Under the pieces are notes generated by a model, which made no database searches, was not told the origin of the DNA, and saw only the letters and a list, made by a program, of their open reading frames with translations. Below, in pieces: positions 9,856-19,741 of a stretch of DNA of 64,000 bases (positions are counted from its first letter, which is position 1; the number at the start of each line of letters is the position of its first letter). The DNA comes from an uncultured Eubacteriales bacterium (GTDB lineage: Bacteria > Bacillota > Clostridia > Oscillospirales > CAG-272). The position numbers were made by a program, and so were the translations under genes. Where the stretch lies: contig CAJUIQ010000003.1 of NCBI GenBank assembly GCA_910586545.1, positions 9,779 through 73,778 on the forward strand, in the 5' to 3' direction.

Positions 9856-11274
9856 TTAAAACCGGAAGTATAAAAACGGGTTATAGGAAGAATCCACCAA
9901 ATATGCGGTGCACAGCACCAGTATAACAGCACTGCCTGTGCTGATCGCTACGCGCGCGCCTTTGCCTTTTTCATACAGCTTATAAAACAGCCGTTTAGGC
10001 AGCGGTGTGGAGGCGATACATAAGATCGCCAAAAACAATACGCTGCGCAGCAAATCGAAAGCGGCTCCAGCCTCACTAAAGGCGACGACGCCATGACCAA
10101 ACATATATCCAAGATAGGTAACGCCGGCGCTGAGGTCTTCAAAAACAAACAGCCACCATCCGAACAGTACCACCACCAACGTATAAAGATGACTCACAAA
10201 CCCAGGCATCCGCTGCAAAATCTTTTGCAAAAACAGCTTTTCCATCATCAGAAAAATACAGTAATATACGCCCCACAGCACATAGTTCCAACTGGCCCCA
10301 TGCCAGAATCCGGTAAGCAGCCAGACAATAACAATATTTCGAAGGTTTATCAGCTTAGAACAGCGATTTCCACCAAGGGGGATGTACACATATTCCCGAA
10401 ACCAAGTTCCCATAGAGATGTGCCACCGCCGCCAAAACTCCGTAATACTTTTAGACACATAGGGATAAAAAAAGTTTTCTTTAAATTGGAATCCCAGCAT
10501 TTTTCCAATACCGATGGCCATGTCGGAGTAACCGGAAAAGTCAAAATAAATCTGGAAGGCGTAAAACAGCATTCCAAGCCATGCCCCTACCACGGTAGCG
10601 TCTGTGGCGGAAAGAGCCTGAAATCCCTCCCACATGGCACCGGCGCAGTTGGCGAGAAGAATTTTTTTCGCCATGCCGCAAATAAAGGTACGCATACCGG
10701 AAGCAAACAACGCAATATTATGCGGACGGGAACGAAGCTGGTCGTCCACATCCTGATACCGGACGATAGGGCCGGCAATCAGTTGGGGAAACAACGTAAC
10801 ATATGCTCCAAAAGAAGCGATGTTACGCTGCACCTTTGCGTCTCCACGGTAAATATCAATGGTATACGACATGGTCTGGAAGGTATAAAAGGAAATACCG
10901 ATAGGCAGTTTCACATCTGCCAGCAACGGAATTTTTTGCAGAAACGCAAAGGGAAGCAGCTGCAGGTTAGACACAATAAACGTGTAATATTTGAAAAAGC
11001 CCAAAATACCCAAATTGATCACCGCGCTGGTAATTACAAACCGGCGCGCTTTTTTCTTATCAACTTCCCGGTATTTGCCCACAAAATATCCGCAGATATA
11101 GTCCACAATAATGGAAAACAGCATGATGGTTACATAAATCGGCTCTCCCCAACCGTAAAAAGCAAGGCTTACGATGAGAAGGACCACGTTCCGAAATGCC
11201 AGCGGCACGATAAAATAAAGCATAATCGATGCCGCAAAGTACAGGAACAAAAACTCAAGGGATGAAAATACCAT
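9856..11274 (-). CDS. MBOAT family O-acyltransferase (AlgI/DltB-like)
   Basis: MVFSSLEFLFLYF N-terminus and motifs FWRRWHISMGTWFREYVYIPLGG and FWHGASW. The ATG at 11274 has a GGAGA SD, whereas the track start at 11301 is a TTG. Confidence 0.9.
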   Translation of the reverse strand: MVFSSLEFLFLYFAASIMLYFIVPLAFRNVVLLIVSLAFYGWGEPIYVTIMLFSIIVDYICGYFVGKYREVDKKKARRFVITSAVINLGILGFFKYYTFIVSNLQLLPFAFLQKIPLLADVKLPIGISFYTFQTMSYTIDIYRGDAKVQRNIASFGAYVTLFPQLIAGPIVRYQDVDDQLRSRPHNIALFASGMRTFICGMAKKILLANCAGAMWEGFQALSATDATVVGAWLGMLFYAFQIYFDFSGYSDMAIGIGKMLGFQFKENFFYPYVSKSITEFWRRWHISMGTWFREYVYIPLGGNRCSKLINLRNIVIVWLLTGFWHGASWNYVLWGVYYCIFLMMEKLFLQKILQRMPGFVSHLYTLVVVLFGWWLFVFEDLSAGVTYLGYMFGHGVVAFSEAGAAFDLLRSVLFLAILCIASTPLPKRLFYKLYEKGKGARVAISTGSAVILVLCTAYLVDSSYNPFLYFRF

Positions 11275-11468
11275 AATCGTCTCCAAAATGAGAAATATCA
11301 AATAAAACGTTTACAAAGATTTCTTATAATATTGTAACATATCTTGCCGCAAAAGAAAAGGGGGGGATTTCAGACGCTTTTTACAAGATGCTTCACTACA
11401 AACGCAAGAGAAGAAGCCTCCCTGCGCAGCCTTTCTAGCCGCTCTCTGATGGAGAAAAAGATTTACCA

Positions 11469-12020
11469 TTACAAAAGATTCTCGTCATAACAAGCCCGCT
11501 GCCCACCAATAAACTTTGGTCTGGTTCGGGCGGCATTCAGCGTGGCAGCTCCAATTTTCTTTATAGATAAACGAAGCGGCACCGCCACCCGCCGCAAATG
11601 CATACCGATTAACGTAAGGCCAATGTCCAGACCGGCATGGGCCGCGATTTCCTCCACCACCACAGGATCTGCAGCGCCATGATACGCTGCTGTAGCGAAA
11701 GAGCCTCCAGCCTTCGGCTGAGGCACCACATTTACAGCCTCCGCCTGCGGTACGGCAGCACGTTCAACCACAATCGCCCGGTTTAAATGCTCGCAGCATT
11801 GGGCTGCAAGATAAATGCCCGCCGGGGAAAATACCGACATCAATCCCTCATAAATTGCCTGGGCCGCATGGGGTACAGACGCCGTTCCGATACGTTCTCC
11901 GCATACCTCGCTGGTGGAGCAGCCCACGACAACAATTTGTCCTTTCCGCAGACTGGCAGCCGCAACAAGCTGCGTTGCCGCTTCCGCGGCCTGCTCTCTC
12001 AATTCTTCATACATATTCAT
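11469..12020 (-). CDS. UPF0340 / TIGR01440 family protein (YwlG-like)
   Basis: Blocks GCSTSEV, CEHLNRA, PKAGG, IGMHL and TRPKFIGG match my recollection of B. subtilis YwlG. Confidence 0.8.
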   Translation of the reverse strand: MNMYEELREQAAEAATQLVAAASLRKGQIVVVGCSTSEVCGERIGTASVPHAAQAIYEGLMSVFSPAGIYLAAQCCEHLNRAIVVERAAVPQAEAVNVVPQPKAGGSFATAAYHGAADPVVVEEIAAHAGLDIGLTLIGMHLRRVAVPLRLSIKKIGAATLNAARTRPKFIGGQRACYDENLL

Positions 12021-12053
12021 CAGTCTCCTTTTTCTTATTATATTCTTTCCAAA

Positions 12054-12482
12054 TCAGGCATTCTTAGCCGCTTCCAACTCCAAAATTTTCGTTACGGCCT
12101 GATCCGCGTATTCGCTCAGGGTACACTTAGCCGTACCTACAATATAGATCGAGCATCCCTCGCCGGGAATAAGAATTTTTTCTGCCGGGCTGCGTCCCAC
12201 AGCCTCTGCCATGCCAGGCGTCACCTCTCCGGTAAGAGATGCGGGAATCGCAATGCCTACAGGCCCTACAATATAGGACGCTTGGGCCGCGGCGCAAATT
12301 ACGGGATATTCACCGGTGGCTCCGTGGTCCGCACCGGCCCTGAGCATTGCCGCCGTTGCAATAGTATTCGTGCCTACCGCCGTAATTGAAAAATCCATAA
12401 GAGCCGCTTTGATCCGTTCCGTAAGCAGAACACCCAATCGGCCCCCTTGTCCATCCATAATAAGAATCGTTTTCTTTCTCAT
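12054..12482 (-). CDS. DUF3842 family protein
   Basis: N-terminal ILIMDGQGGRLG motif, 142 aa. Its ATG overlaps the addA stop codon (ATGA). Confidence 0.65.
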   Translation of the reverse strand: MRKKTILIMDGQGGRLGVLLTERIKAALMDFSITAVGTNTIATAAMLRAGADHGATGEYPVICAAAQASYIVGPVGIAIPASLTGEVTPGMAEAVGRSPAEKILIPGEGCSIYIVGTAKCTLSEYADQAVTKILELEAAKNA

Positions 12483-15400
12483 GTTATCCCACTTTCCTCC
12501 AGCACGCCCCGCGGCACCGGAATACAGTCCCCAAGAGCAAGCGAATATAAATATACCTCGTCAAAAGGACGGCCCAGCATATCCTGGCACAACTCCCTAT
12601 ACAAGTCAATCTGACGCTGATGTCTTGGCAAAAGCTTTTGGGCTGCAAGGGTAGGATCCCTTCTCTCCTCCACAGTCAGCCGATCTGTTTTATAATCCAA
12701 AAGCACAGCACGCCCCGCCTGATCTATAAACATACAGTCCACAACGCCCTGAACGGTAATATCTGTTTTTGTCCTGACAAGCTTCTCCCGAAGCGCCAAA
12801 TCTGTAGTGAACCGGGCAGCAGGCAGTACCGCGTTAAATCGAAACTCCCGATACATCTCCTTAGCTCGGACCATACGCCCAAATACGGAAGACTGGACAA
12901 ACGCTTCAATTTCCTCTAAACGCACCAGCTCCGCCTGCTCCTTTGTAAGGAACGCTGCTTGCAGAAGACAATCCAGTTCCGCCTGCGCGCCTGTTTTCCA
13001 CAACCTCTCAAAATCGCAAAACTGCATATAGAGGTGGGTTGCAATACCGGCTTTGGCAGCGCTGTCCTCCCGCGTCTCATCTAAAAAGGCAGGCATAGGA
13101 ACCGCATCCGTATCCCACTTTGTCGGCGGCTGCATCGGATCAATGGTAATCGATTCTGACTCTTCCTGATTTAAAATATCCGGGCGCAGCGCGGACACGG
13201 TAAGCTTTGCGGGAATATCCTCCAAATGCCTGAGAGGATATTCAAAATGAAATCGTCTGGTAAAAGTCTCTCGCCACATTTCACCAGCACAGTCTGCCGG
13301 CTTACTTTCTTCTCGCTCCAGCTTTACAGCTTCTATCGGCAAATTTTCTCCGACCACAAATCGGAAGCACGCGGCATCCCCTTGCCGCGCCGCACCGTCT
13401 ATAATCCATTCTCCAAGGCTTGTGCAGGACAGCAGCTGATACGCATCCGCCTCTTCCTCCGCCCGGCAACGCGCCTGCTCCAACCGTTTTGCAGGATCTT
13501 CCGCCATACAAGTGATGTATAGCTGTTCTCTGGCCCTGGTCAGCGCCACGTACAGCACGCGCATTTCTTCCTGCACCATCCGCTCTTGCAGCTGCAGCGC
13601 CGCTGCCCGCCGCAACGGCGTATCACAGCGGACAAGTCCACCCGGATCATACAGCTTCATGCACAGTCCCATATCTGGGCTGAACAGCACCCGATCAGAC
13701 AGTTCCCGAACATTAAAGCTGCGGGACATATCGGAAAGAAAGCAGACAGGATATTCCAGCCCTTTGGAACGATGCATTGTCGTAATGGTCACCGCGTCCT
13801 CCGCTGGAAGCTGTCCACCTGCGTCCTTTTGCTCCATCAATCCATGCAGCAGCCGAATAAAATCGTGCAGGCCGCCTCCCTGCCGTCCGCAGGCCGCCCC
13901 GTGAGATGTGAGCTGCTTTAGAGAGCGACGAATTTGTATATTGCTTCGTTTCTCATCACCCCGGTAATATAAAAAACCAGTGTCTCGGATAATTCTCTGT
14001 AAAATCTCATCTGCTCGCATGTATCGTGCGGCTGCTCTCCAGCTTTCCACCTGTTCCGCGAAAGCGGCGCAGCGCTTCCCAAGAGGCGTAGATGCAGCGG
14101 CGCAGCGGCGTACACTGTACCATAGAGGCCCCTTTTCTCCACACCGGATATTGATTAAATCATCCAAGCTAAAGCCAAAAAGCGGACTTTTCATAGTCCC
14201 CGCCAAGTAAATATCCTGCAGGGGATTGTCCGCTGTATGCAGCAGGCACAGCATCAAAATCACTTCGCTGCAAGCAAAGAAAGGGTCCGCCGCGCTGTTG
14301 GCCACTGCAATACCTCGCCGGGAAAGGGCGTCTGCATAGGCGGCAGCTTGCCTGCCGGAGCGCAGAAGAATCGCAACGTCCCCTGCCCGCACCGGCGTAC
14401 CATTGGAAAGCGTGCCCTCCTGTAAAAGAGACTGAATCCGTCCCGCCACATACTCCGCCTCCGGATTTGCGGTAGTGTCTTCCGCATCCTCTTGGGGAGG
14501 GATCAGGCATATTTCCACCGGTCGCTCACCTGCGCCGTCCGCTTTTGCACAAACCAGCTCATCCTGTTTGTCAAAGGGTGTATCACCCGCGGCAAATACA
14601 TATCGGGAAATTCGATTAGCGAAATCAATTACAACGCTGTTTGAACGAAAGTTCTCCTGCATAAAAATGGCTGTGCCGCCCTGCCCCGCTCCATATCGGG
14701 CCCGATATCCCGTAAATACATCCGGGCACGCGCCGCGAAAGCCATATATCGACTGCTTTACGTCCCCAACCATAAAGCGCCGGCAGCCACAGGATACAGC
14801 GGAAAAAACCGCATCCTGCATTCGGTTGGTATCCTGATATTCATCGATAAAAATATAGTCGAACTGCCGGGACACCTCCTGCGCAGCCTGCGTAGGCCCT
14901 CCGTCCTTTGCGCAAAAAACTTTTTTTGCCAAAATCTCTAAATCTGAAAAATCTACTCGTCCGATTTCCCGCTTTTTAGCGGCAAACCGCGCTTCAAATT
15001 CTGTGAGTACCCGCGCCGCTGCTCGGACAATGGCGGCATTTTGCTGCATTAAGCGTGTCATATCTTCTCTGGTTGGGAGAAAAAACGCCTGCCGCAGGCT
15101 TTTGATCTCATCGCCAAAGTCCTGTCGAACTTCTTTAAACCGCACATATGCATCCGTTTGCTTTTCCGCCTTTAAAGGAGAAAGCCGCGGCTGGGCAAAC
15201 GCCTCCAAAAAATCACGAGCCAACGCAAACTCCCTTTCAGACATTTGGACCAGCTTGCATGCGAGCTCTGCCGATTCCAAAGCAAGCACGCTGTATTTTT
15301 CCGTATCGGAGCAAGCGTTCAGCTCTCCTGCAAGCGCCTGAAAAGTTCTGGAAAAGTGGGCGCCTGCACGGGACATCCTTCTTTGCACTGGTGCGCCAAA

Positions 15401-16051
15401 CATAGAAGAAAGAAAATCATCCGCGCCCGTTTGTGTCTCTTGCGCCCACCGATACAAATCTGCGGTACTGTATCCTTCCGACACAATCGTATTCCAAATG
15501 GATAGGAGCGTAACATCAAGAGACGTCTCGTCCCGTCCGCCGGAAAAACAATCCGCAAGCGCTTCAAAATCTGCCTCATCCGTATCCGCCGACACAGGCG
15601 AATCAAAAAAGTCCCCCACCGTTTCCTGCATTACTTCTTTTTGCAGCACTGCCGTTTGGGCCTCCTCCATAACGGAAAAATCCGGCGGCAAGCCAAGGGC
15701 GGCGTAATATGGCTGGAGAGACGATAGAAAAAAACTATGTATCGTCATGATTTTTGCTCCGGGCAGCATAGTCAGCTCACGCAGGAGCCGGCGGTTTCCC
15801 GGTTCCCTTGCCAACGCCGCCGTCAATGCGTCCCCCACCCGGCTGCGCAGTTCTCCCGCCGCTGCCTTGGTAAAGGTAACAATCAACATGCGAGACAGGC
15901 TGGCCCCCTTTGACGGGTCTGTCAGCAAGCGAATGATTCGCTGAGTCAGCGTGGCAGTTTTTCCGCTTCCTGCCGCCGCAGACAAAATAAGATTTTCTCC
16001 TGCAAAATCAATGGCCGCCTGCTGTGAAGCGGTCCAAATACGCTCCGCCAT
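12479..16051 (-). CDS. addA: ATP-dependent helicase/nuclease subunit A
   Basis: UvrD-type Walker A (AAAGSGKTATL), 1190 aa, a C-terminal RecB-type nuclease motif (LLDYKTD), and a position next to addB. Confidence 0.95.
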   Translation of the reverse strand: MAERIWTASQQAAIDFAGENLILSAAAGSGKTATLTQRIIRLLTDPSKGASLSRMLIVTFTKAAAGELRSRVGDALTAALAREPGNRRLLRELTMLPGAKIMTIHSFFLSSLQPYYAALGLPPDFSVMEEAQTAVLQKEVMQETVGDFFDSPVSADTDEADFEALADCFSGGRDETSLDVTLLSIWNTIVSEGYSTADLYRWAQETQTGADDFLSSMFGAPVQRRMSRAGAHFSRTFQALAGELNACSDTEKYSVLALESAELACKLVQMSEREFALARDFLEAFAQPRLSPLKAEKQTDAYVRFKEVRQDFGDEIKSLRQAFFLPTREDMTRLMQQNAAIVRAAARVLTEFEARFAAKKREIGRVDFSDLEILAKKVFCAKDGGPTQAAQEVSRQFDYIFIDEYQDTNRMQDAVFSAVSCGCRRFMVGDVKQSIYGFRGACPDVFTGYRARYGAGQGGTAIFMQENFRSNSVVIDFANRISRYVFAAGDTPFDKQDELVCAKADGAGERPVEICLIPPQEDAEDTTANPEAEYVAGRIQSLLQEGTLSNGTPVRAGDVAILLRSGRQAAAYADALSRRGIAVANSAADPFFACSEVILMLCLLHTADNPLQDIYLAGTMKSPLFGFSLDDLINIRCGEKGPLWYSVRRCAAASTPLGKRCAAFAEQVESWRAAARYMRADEILQRIIRDTGFLYYRGDEKRSNIQIRRSLKQLTSHGAACGRQGGGLHDFIRLLHGLMEQKDAGGQLPAEDAVTITTMHRSKGLEYPVCFLSDMSRSFNVRELSDRVLFSPDMGLCMKLYDPGGLVRCDTPLRRAAALQLQERMVQEEMRVLYVALTRAREQLYITCMAEDPAKRLEQARCRAEEEADAYQLLSCTSLGEWIIDGAARQGDAACFRFVVGENLPIEAVKLEREESKPADCAGEMWRETFTRRFHFEYPLRHLEDIPAKLTVSALRPDILNQEESESITIDPMQPPTKWDTDAVPMPAFLDETREDSAAKAGIATHLYMQFCDFERLWKTGAQAELDCLLQAAFLTKEQAELVRLEEIEAFVQSSVFGRMVRAKEMYREFRFNAVLPAARFTTDLALREKLVRTKTDITVQGVVDCMFIDQAGRAVLLDYKTDRLTVEERRDPTLAAQKLLPRHQRQIDLYRELCQDMLGRPFDEVYLYSLALGDCIPVPRGVLEESGIT

Positions 16052-16150
16052 ATAGGTTCCTCCCTTCTTTTGTTATACCATGAAGCAAAAATGCTTGCTT
16101 GCAAGGGCATTTTTGCGAAGCCGTCAATATCGCAGCCGTGCAAAGCACAG

Positions 16151-16206
16151 GGCGGCAGCGCCGGTGCAAATCAGTCGTCAATAGCCGCCCCGCGGCTATT
16201 ATTCCA
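16151..16206 (-). repeat. copy 2 of the ~50-nt conserved promoter-proximal element (between addB and addA)
   Basis: On the minus strand: TGGAATAATAGCCGCGGGGCGGCTATTGACGACTGATTTGCACCGGCGCTGCCGCC. By my manual alignment, 46 of 51 positions match copy 3. Its first three bases are the addB TAA. Confidence 0.7.
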
Positions 16207-19200
16207 TATGCCTGCACACTGCCCGCATAGGACAGCTGTCACACGGCAGTCGGCCTCCTCGACGAACAGGATTGGAACAGGCCCTTCCGCTTTTCACCTG
16301 ATTCCCTGTACGCTGCAAAGCCGCCGCAAGGCCCCGGTAAATCTCTTCAAACTCCTCTTTTGCCGCAAGGCTGCTGTGTTTTGAATAGCTGCCGTCTTTG
16401 TTGACCGTTACGGGAATATATTTGCCGGACACATCCTTGTCCATAGCGCGGATGACATCATCGTCCCGCAAAATAATCCCCCGCCGGGAAATATTTTTTT
16501 TCGCCGCTTCCCTGGCCTCGTCCCCATCCAGTGGAACCGGAGAAGACGCGTCTCCAGGACGCGCGCTAAAATACACCGCCCCTGCCGGTATCAATTCCTC
16601 TCCCACAGGAGCAAGCTTTTGATAAAAGGGACTGCCGGCGCTGCCGCAAATAGAAAAAAGATACAACAGCAACTGCACATTATGCCCAACCAAAACTTCC
16701 TGCAGAGAAAAATTTTTGCTGCCGGTTTTGTAATCGGCAACCCGAACATACACCTTTCCGTTTTTGCGCAAAATATCCAATCGGTCTACAATCCCCCGCA
16801 TAGTCATGACGCTATCCCCGCTTAGAGGAATGCGCAGCGCCGGAAGCGTATCGTCAAAGCCTACCGGCAGTTCAAAGGCGTACGGAATAAAATCAGACTG
16901 ACCAAATTCTTCACTAAGGGACTGGCCGTACAAAATCACGCTTCGCTGCAGACGACGGAAAAGATAATCCGTACGCCGGCTGGCGGCAGCGCCCTGGCTG
17001 ACAGACGCAATATATCCCTGGATCAGCCGCTCCGCGCGGCTGACAATCGTCTTGTCCGGCAGGGGAAACCCCTCCCGAGCTGATTCCCGCATAAAGTCTT
17101 CCAAAATTTTATGTACAAAGTTTCCAACATCCACCGGGCGAATCTCTGCCGTTCTTCCTTCATCCAGACGGAGCACATACCGGCAGTAATAGGAGAAGGG
17201 ACAATCTCCGAATGTCTCCAACCGGGACTGTGTCATTGACAACGTACCGCCGAACAGCGCCTGCGCAGTTTGTAAAGTTACCTGTTCCCTATCTGCAGAC
17301 AAACTTCCCTGAGGAACTGGTTCATCTCGAAGCATATCGCCCAGAATATTCCCGCACGGCGTATGTAACAAAATTGGCAGCAAACGGCGCGCAGCGCTTT
17401 TGGACCAAACCATCTCCAACGGATCCGGACTCGTAAGATCGGTTATCTTAGCATTGGGCAGAAGCTGCATAATTCGTGTAGCGCCGGACGAGGGATGCCA
17501 CGCTCCGTCCGTGCAGGGAATCATGACTGTCAGCGTATCTGACGGAGCACAGACGGCCCGGTAGAAATGAAACAGCGCCTCTCCCTGCCGCTCTACGGTG
17601 CCGGGAGAAAGCTGGATTCCAAGAGCCGCCAGCGTTTCTTTATCCAATTCACCGAAAAAACCGCCTTCTGGGGGCACCGCGGGAAACTCTCCATATACGG
17701 CGCCCAACACGATTACATGACGCACATCATCCAAACGTATACTATGGGCGCTGCCCAATACCACTCTGTCAATTCCATCCGGTATTGTCCCAATTTTGCA
17801 GGACTGAGCAGTGCGCAGACATAAGCCATAAAATCGCGCCGCATCCATATGGGCGCCATCTGCTTTAGAATCCGACTCCGCTCCCTGCGCAATCGTATCC
17901 AGAATGTCGCACAAAACAGACCATACCTGACGTACCTCCTGGGCCGCGGCCGCATCCCCCTGCTTCTCCAGCCTGTCTGCTTCCCGTCGAAGCCCATTGT
18001 ATACGTCAAAATCGCAAAGCAGCCGGTAAGCGGCCGCACATACGGTCCGGGCCGTTCCAGGAAAGGCGTCGGCGAAAGCATCCAACACCGGAGCCAGCTG
18101 CGCCCTGGCATGGTTTGCCATAGAAAGCAGTTCCCTGCCCCACGTACTGACTGTTTCTGTATATCCGTCCGGGTTCATATTCCACCCGTCCGGATTACAA
18201 AACATGCGCCGGCCTCGAATCTGCCATTTCTCCGTGTACTGCTCCAGCGCGTCACAGCAGTCGGGACTCACGCCAGTAAGCCCTGTCTTCGCGCAGGAAA
18301 CCACGTCCTCACGCCTCCATCCCCCCGCTACCACAGATGCCGCAGTAAGCAGTAGACGCACAGCCGGCTGCATCACAGCCGTTTTCTTGCCGGAAAGATA
18401 TATAGGAATGCCTAAATCAGACAAAATCGTATCGGTTATACTCCGTCTGGATTCCATATCTGCGGCAACCACTGCAATATCCCTGTAGCACGCGCCTTCC
18501 TGAACCAGTCGCTGGATCACGCCGCCGGCAGCATATGCTTCATCATACACATCCGCACAGCGGATAATCTGCACATTCTCAGCTTCTCCCAGAAATGGCT
18601 GCGCTTTATGATCCCATAAGCTGCGGGTAAGTACCCCTAATGATCCGGAGAGTGCACAGGGAATTTCCTTCGCACATACCTGGCGTCCGCTCTGCGTACA
18701 TAGGCGCGCCATATCATGGACAAACCGGCGAATATGTTCAAGATGCATCTCGCCTCCATCCCCCTCGGCTCCAAGCGGACAGGCAAAAGTCATTGTAAAA
18801 TCCGCCGCCTGCTGCAAAATCTGTTTGGTGATTCCCTTTTCTCCTGGCGTAAAGGTATAAAAGGAGTCGATATATACATCGCAGCCTGCAAAATAATTGT
18901 GCATAGATAATGTCTGGATCAGTGCATCAGGTATCTCCTGCGGATCATCGTAGGATACGTGCAGCAAGGAATCGTATGCAGCAAAAACTGCCGAAAGATC
19001 CAGCAGCTTGTCCCGAAGCGCATCCTGCCCCTCCTGAAGCTGCTCCGCCGCTTCTTCCAGCATAGCCGGCGTAACGGAATATGCCTTCAATTCACTAACC
19101 GCGTGCAAAAGCAGAGGAACATACCGGTCTTCTCTGTCTTCACGCCCGTATATATGCAGGCTATCCCGCAAAGAAACAAGAGCGTTCCACATCACCAGCG

Positions 19201-19465
19201 TCTTTTTGGCATCTGTTATGTAATGCTTTGCCACGCCGCCAAACCGACGGAAAACACTGTCTGCCAGGCGTGTAAAGCTGACAATTTCCGTTTGGAGCAT
19301 AGCCCTGGCCGACAGAGCCTGCGCACAGCGCCGGTCCCATACCAGCGCCTGCTGTTCGGGTACAATCAGCACAACCCGTCTGCCCGCCTCGAGAGAACGC
19401 TGCATTTTTTGCAGAATATATGTGCTTTTTTCCGTGGAACCCAATCCGAAAACAAATTCCGTCAC
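16199..19465 (-). CDS. addB: ATP-dependent helicase/nuclease subunit B
   Basis: 1088 aa with nuclease motif ADYKTG and a C-terminal CX2CX5C Fe-S motif (CDSCPMRAVC). GTG start with an AAAGGGGGG SD. Confidence 0.95.
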   Translation of the reverse strand: MTEFVFGLGSTEKSTYILQKMQRSLEAGRRVVLIVPEQQALVWDRRCAQALSARAMLQTEIVSFTRLADSVFRRFGGVAKHYITDAKKTLVMWNALVSLRDSLHIYGREDREDRYVPLLLHAVSELKAYSVTPAMLEEAAEQLQEGQDALRDKLLDLSAVFAAYDSLLHVSYDDPQEIPDALIQTLSMHNYFAGCDVYIDSFYTFTPGEKGITKQILQQAADFTMTFACPLGAEGDGGEMHLEHIRRFVHDMARLCTQSGRQVCAKEIPCALSGSLGVLTRSLWDHKAQPFLGEAENVQIIRCADVYDEAYAAGGVIQRLVQEGACYRDIAVVAADMESRRSITDTILSDLGIPIYLSGKKTAVMQPAVRLLLTAASVVAGGWRREDVVSCAKTGLTGVSPDCCDALEQYTEKWQIRGRRMFCNPDGWNMNPDGYTETVSTWGRELLSMANHARAQLAPVLDAFADAFPGTARTVCAAAYRLLCDFDVYNGLRREADRLEKQGDAAAAQEVRQVWSVLCDILDTIAQGAESDSKADGAHMDAARFYGLCLRTAQSCKIGTIPDGIDRVVLGSAHSIRLDDVRHVIVLGAVYGEFPAVPPEGGFFGELDKETLAALGIQLSPGTVERQGEALFHFYRAVCAPSDTLTVMIPCTDGAWHPSSGATRIMQLLPNAKITDLTSPDPLEMVWSKSAARRLLPILLHTPCGNILGDMLRDEPVPQGSLSADREQVTLQTAQALFGGTLSMTQSRLETFGDCPFSYYCRYVLRLDEGRTAEIRPVDVGNFVHKILEDFMRESAREGFPLPDKTIVSRAERLIQGYIASVSQGAAASRRTDYLFRRLQRSVILYGQSLSEEFGQSDFIPYAFELPVGFDDTLPALRIPLSGDSVMTMRGIVDRLDILRKNGKVYVRVADYKTGSKNFSLQEVLVGHNVQLLLYLFSICGSAGSPFYQKLAPVGEELIPAGAVYFSARPGDASSPVPLDGDEAREAAKKNISRRGIILRDDDVIRAMDKDVSGKYIPVTVNKDGSYSKHSSLAAKEEFEEIYRGLAAALQRTGNQVKSGRACSNPVRRGGRLPCDSCPMRAVCRHME

Positions 19466-19571
19466 TGCAGCGCCCCCCTTTCTGCATTTATTAACATTTT
19501 ATGGCTTTGGAAGCACACGCCGCATGCACGATAAACAGCGGTGCCCACAAAGGTTTGCTTATGTATTTTAC

Positions 19572-19600
19572 ATTATACATTATATCTTTTAACGAATCAA
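19572..19600 (-). promoter_or_regulatory. candidate sigma-A promoter of addB
   Basis: On the minus strand: TTGATT, a 17-nt spacer, then TATAAT. This predicts a leader of about 100 nt. Confidence 0.45.
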
Positions 19601-19639
19601 CTGTCCGAAGGAAAGCAGACAAAAATTTTAGATTATATC

Positions 19640-19668
19640 TTGCAAAAAGAGGCGCTTTATGCTATACT
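19640..19668 (+). promoter_or_regulatory. candidate sigma-A promoter of the 19742 gene
   Basis: TTGCAA (19640-19645), a 17-nt spacer, then TATACT (19663-19668). Confidence 0.5.
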
Positions 19669-19741
19669 GCTGTTTATAAACGGCGTATAAAGGGCGGCAC
19701 GACGCCCCCTCCAATACAAAGAAAGGTATGGTTATAAAATA

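Noticed and set aside
10093-11265. 390-aa ORF on the + strand inside the MBOAT gene. Similar long antisense ORFs occur at 42958-44100 (opposite pgk), 31437-32723 (opposite the ABC ATPase), 30548-31687 and 29354-30157 (opposite the EF-G paralog), 53135-54088 (opposite rnfC), 28616-29308 (opposite PiT) and 35761-36465.
   Set aside because: Each lies fully antisense to a gene with unmistakable conserved motifs. Their translations are low-complexity and rich in R, H, Q and K, with no recognisable domains and no SD. These are typical shadow ORFs.
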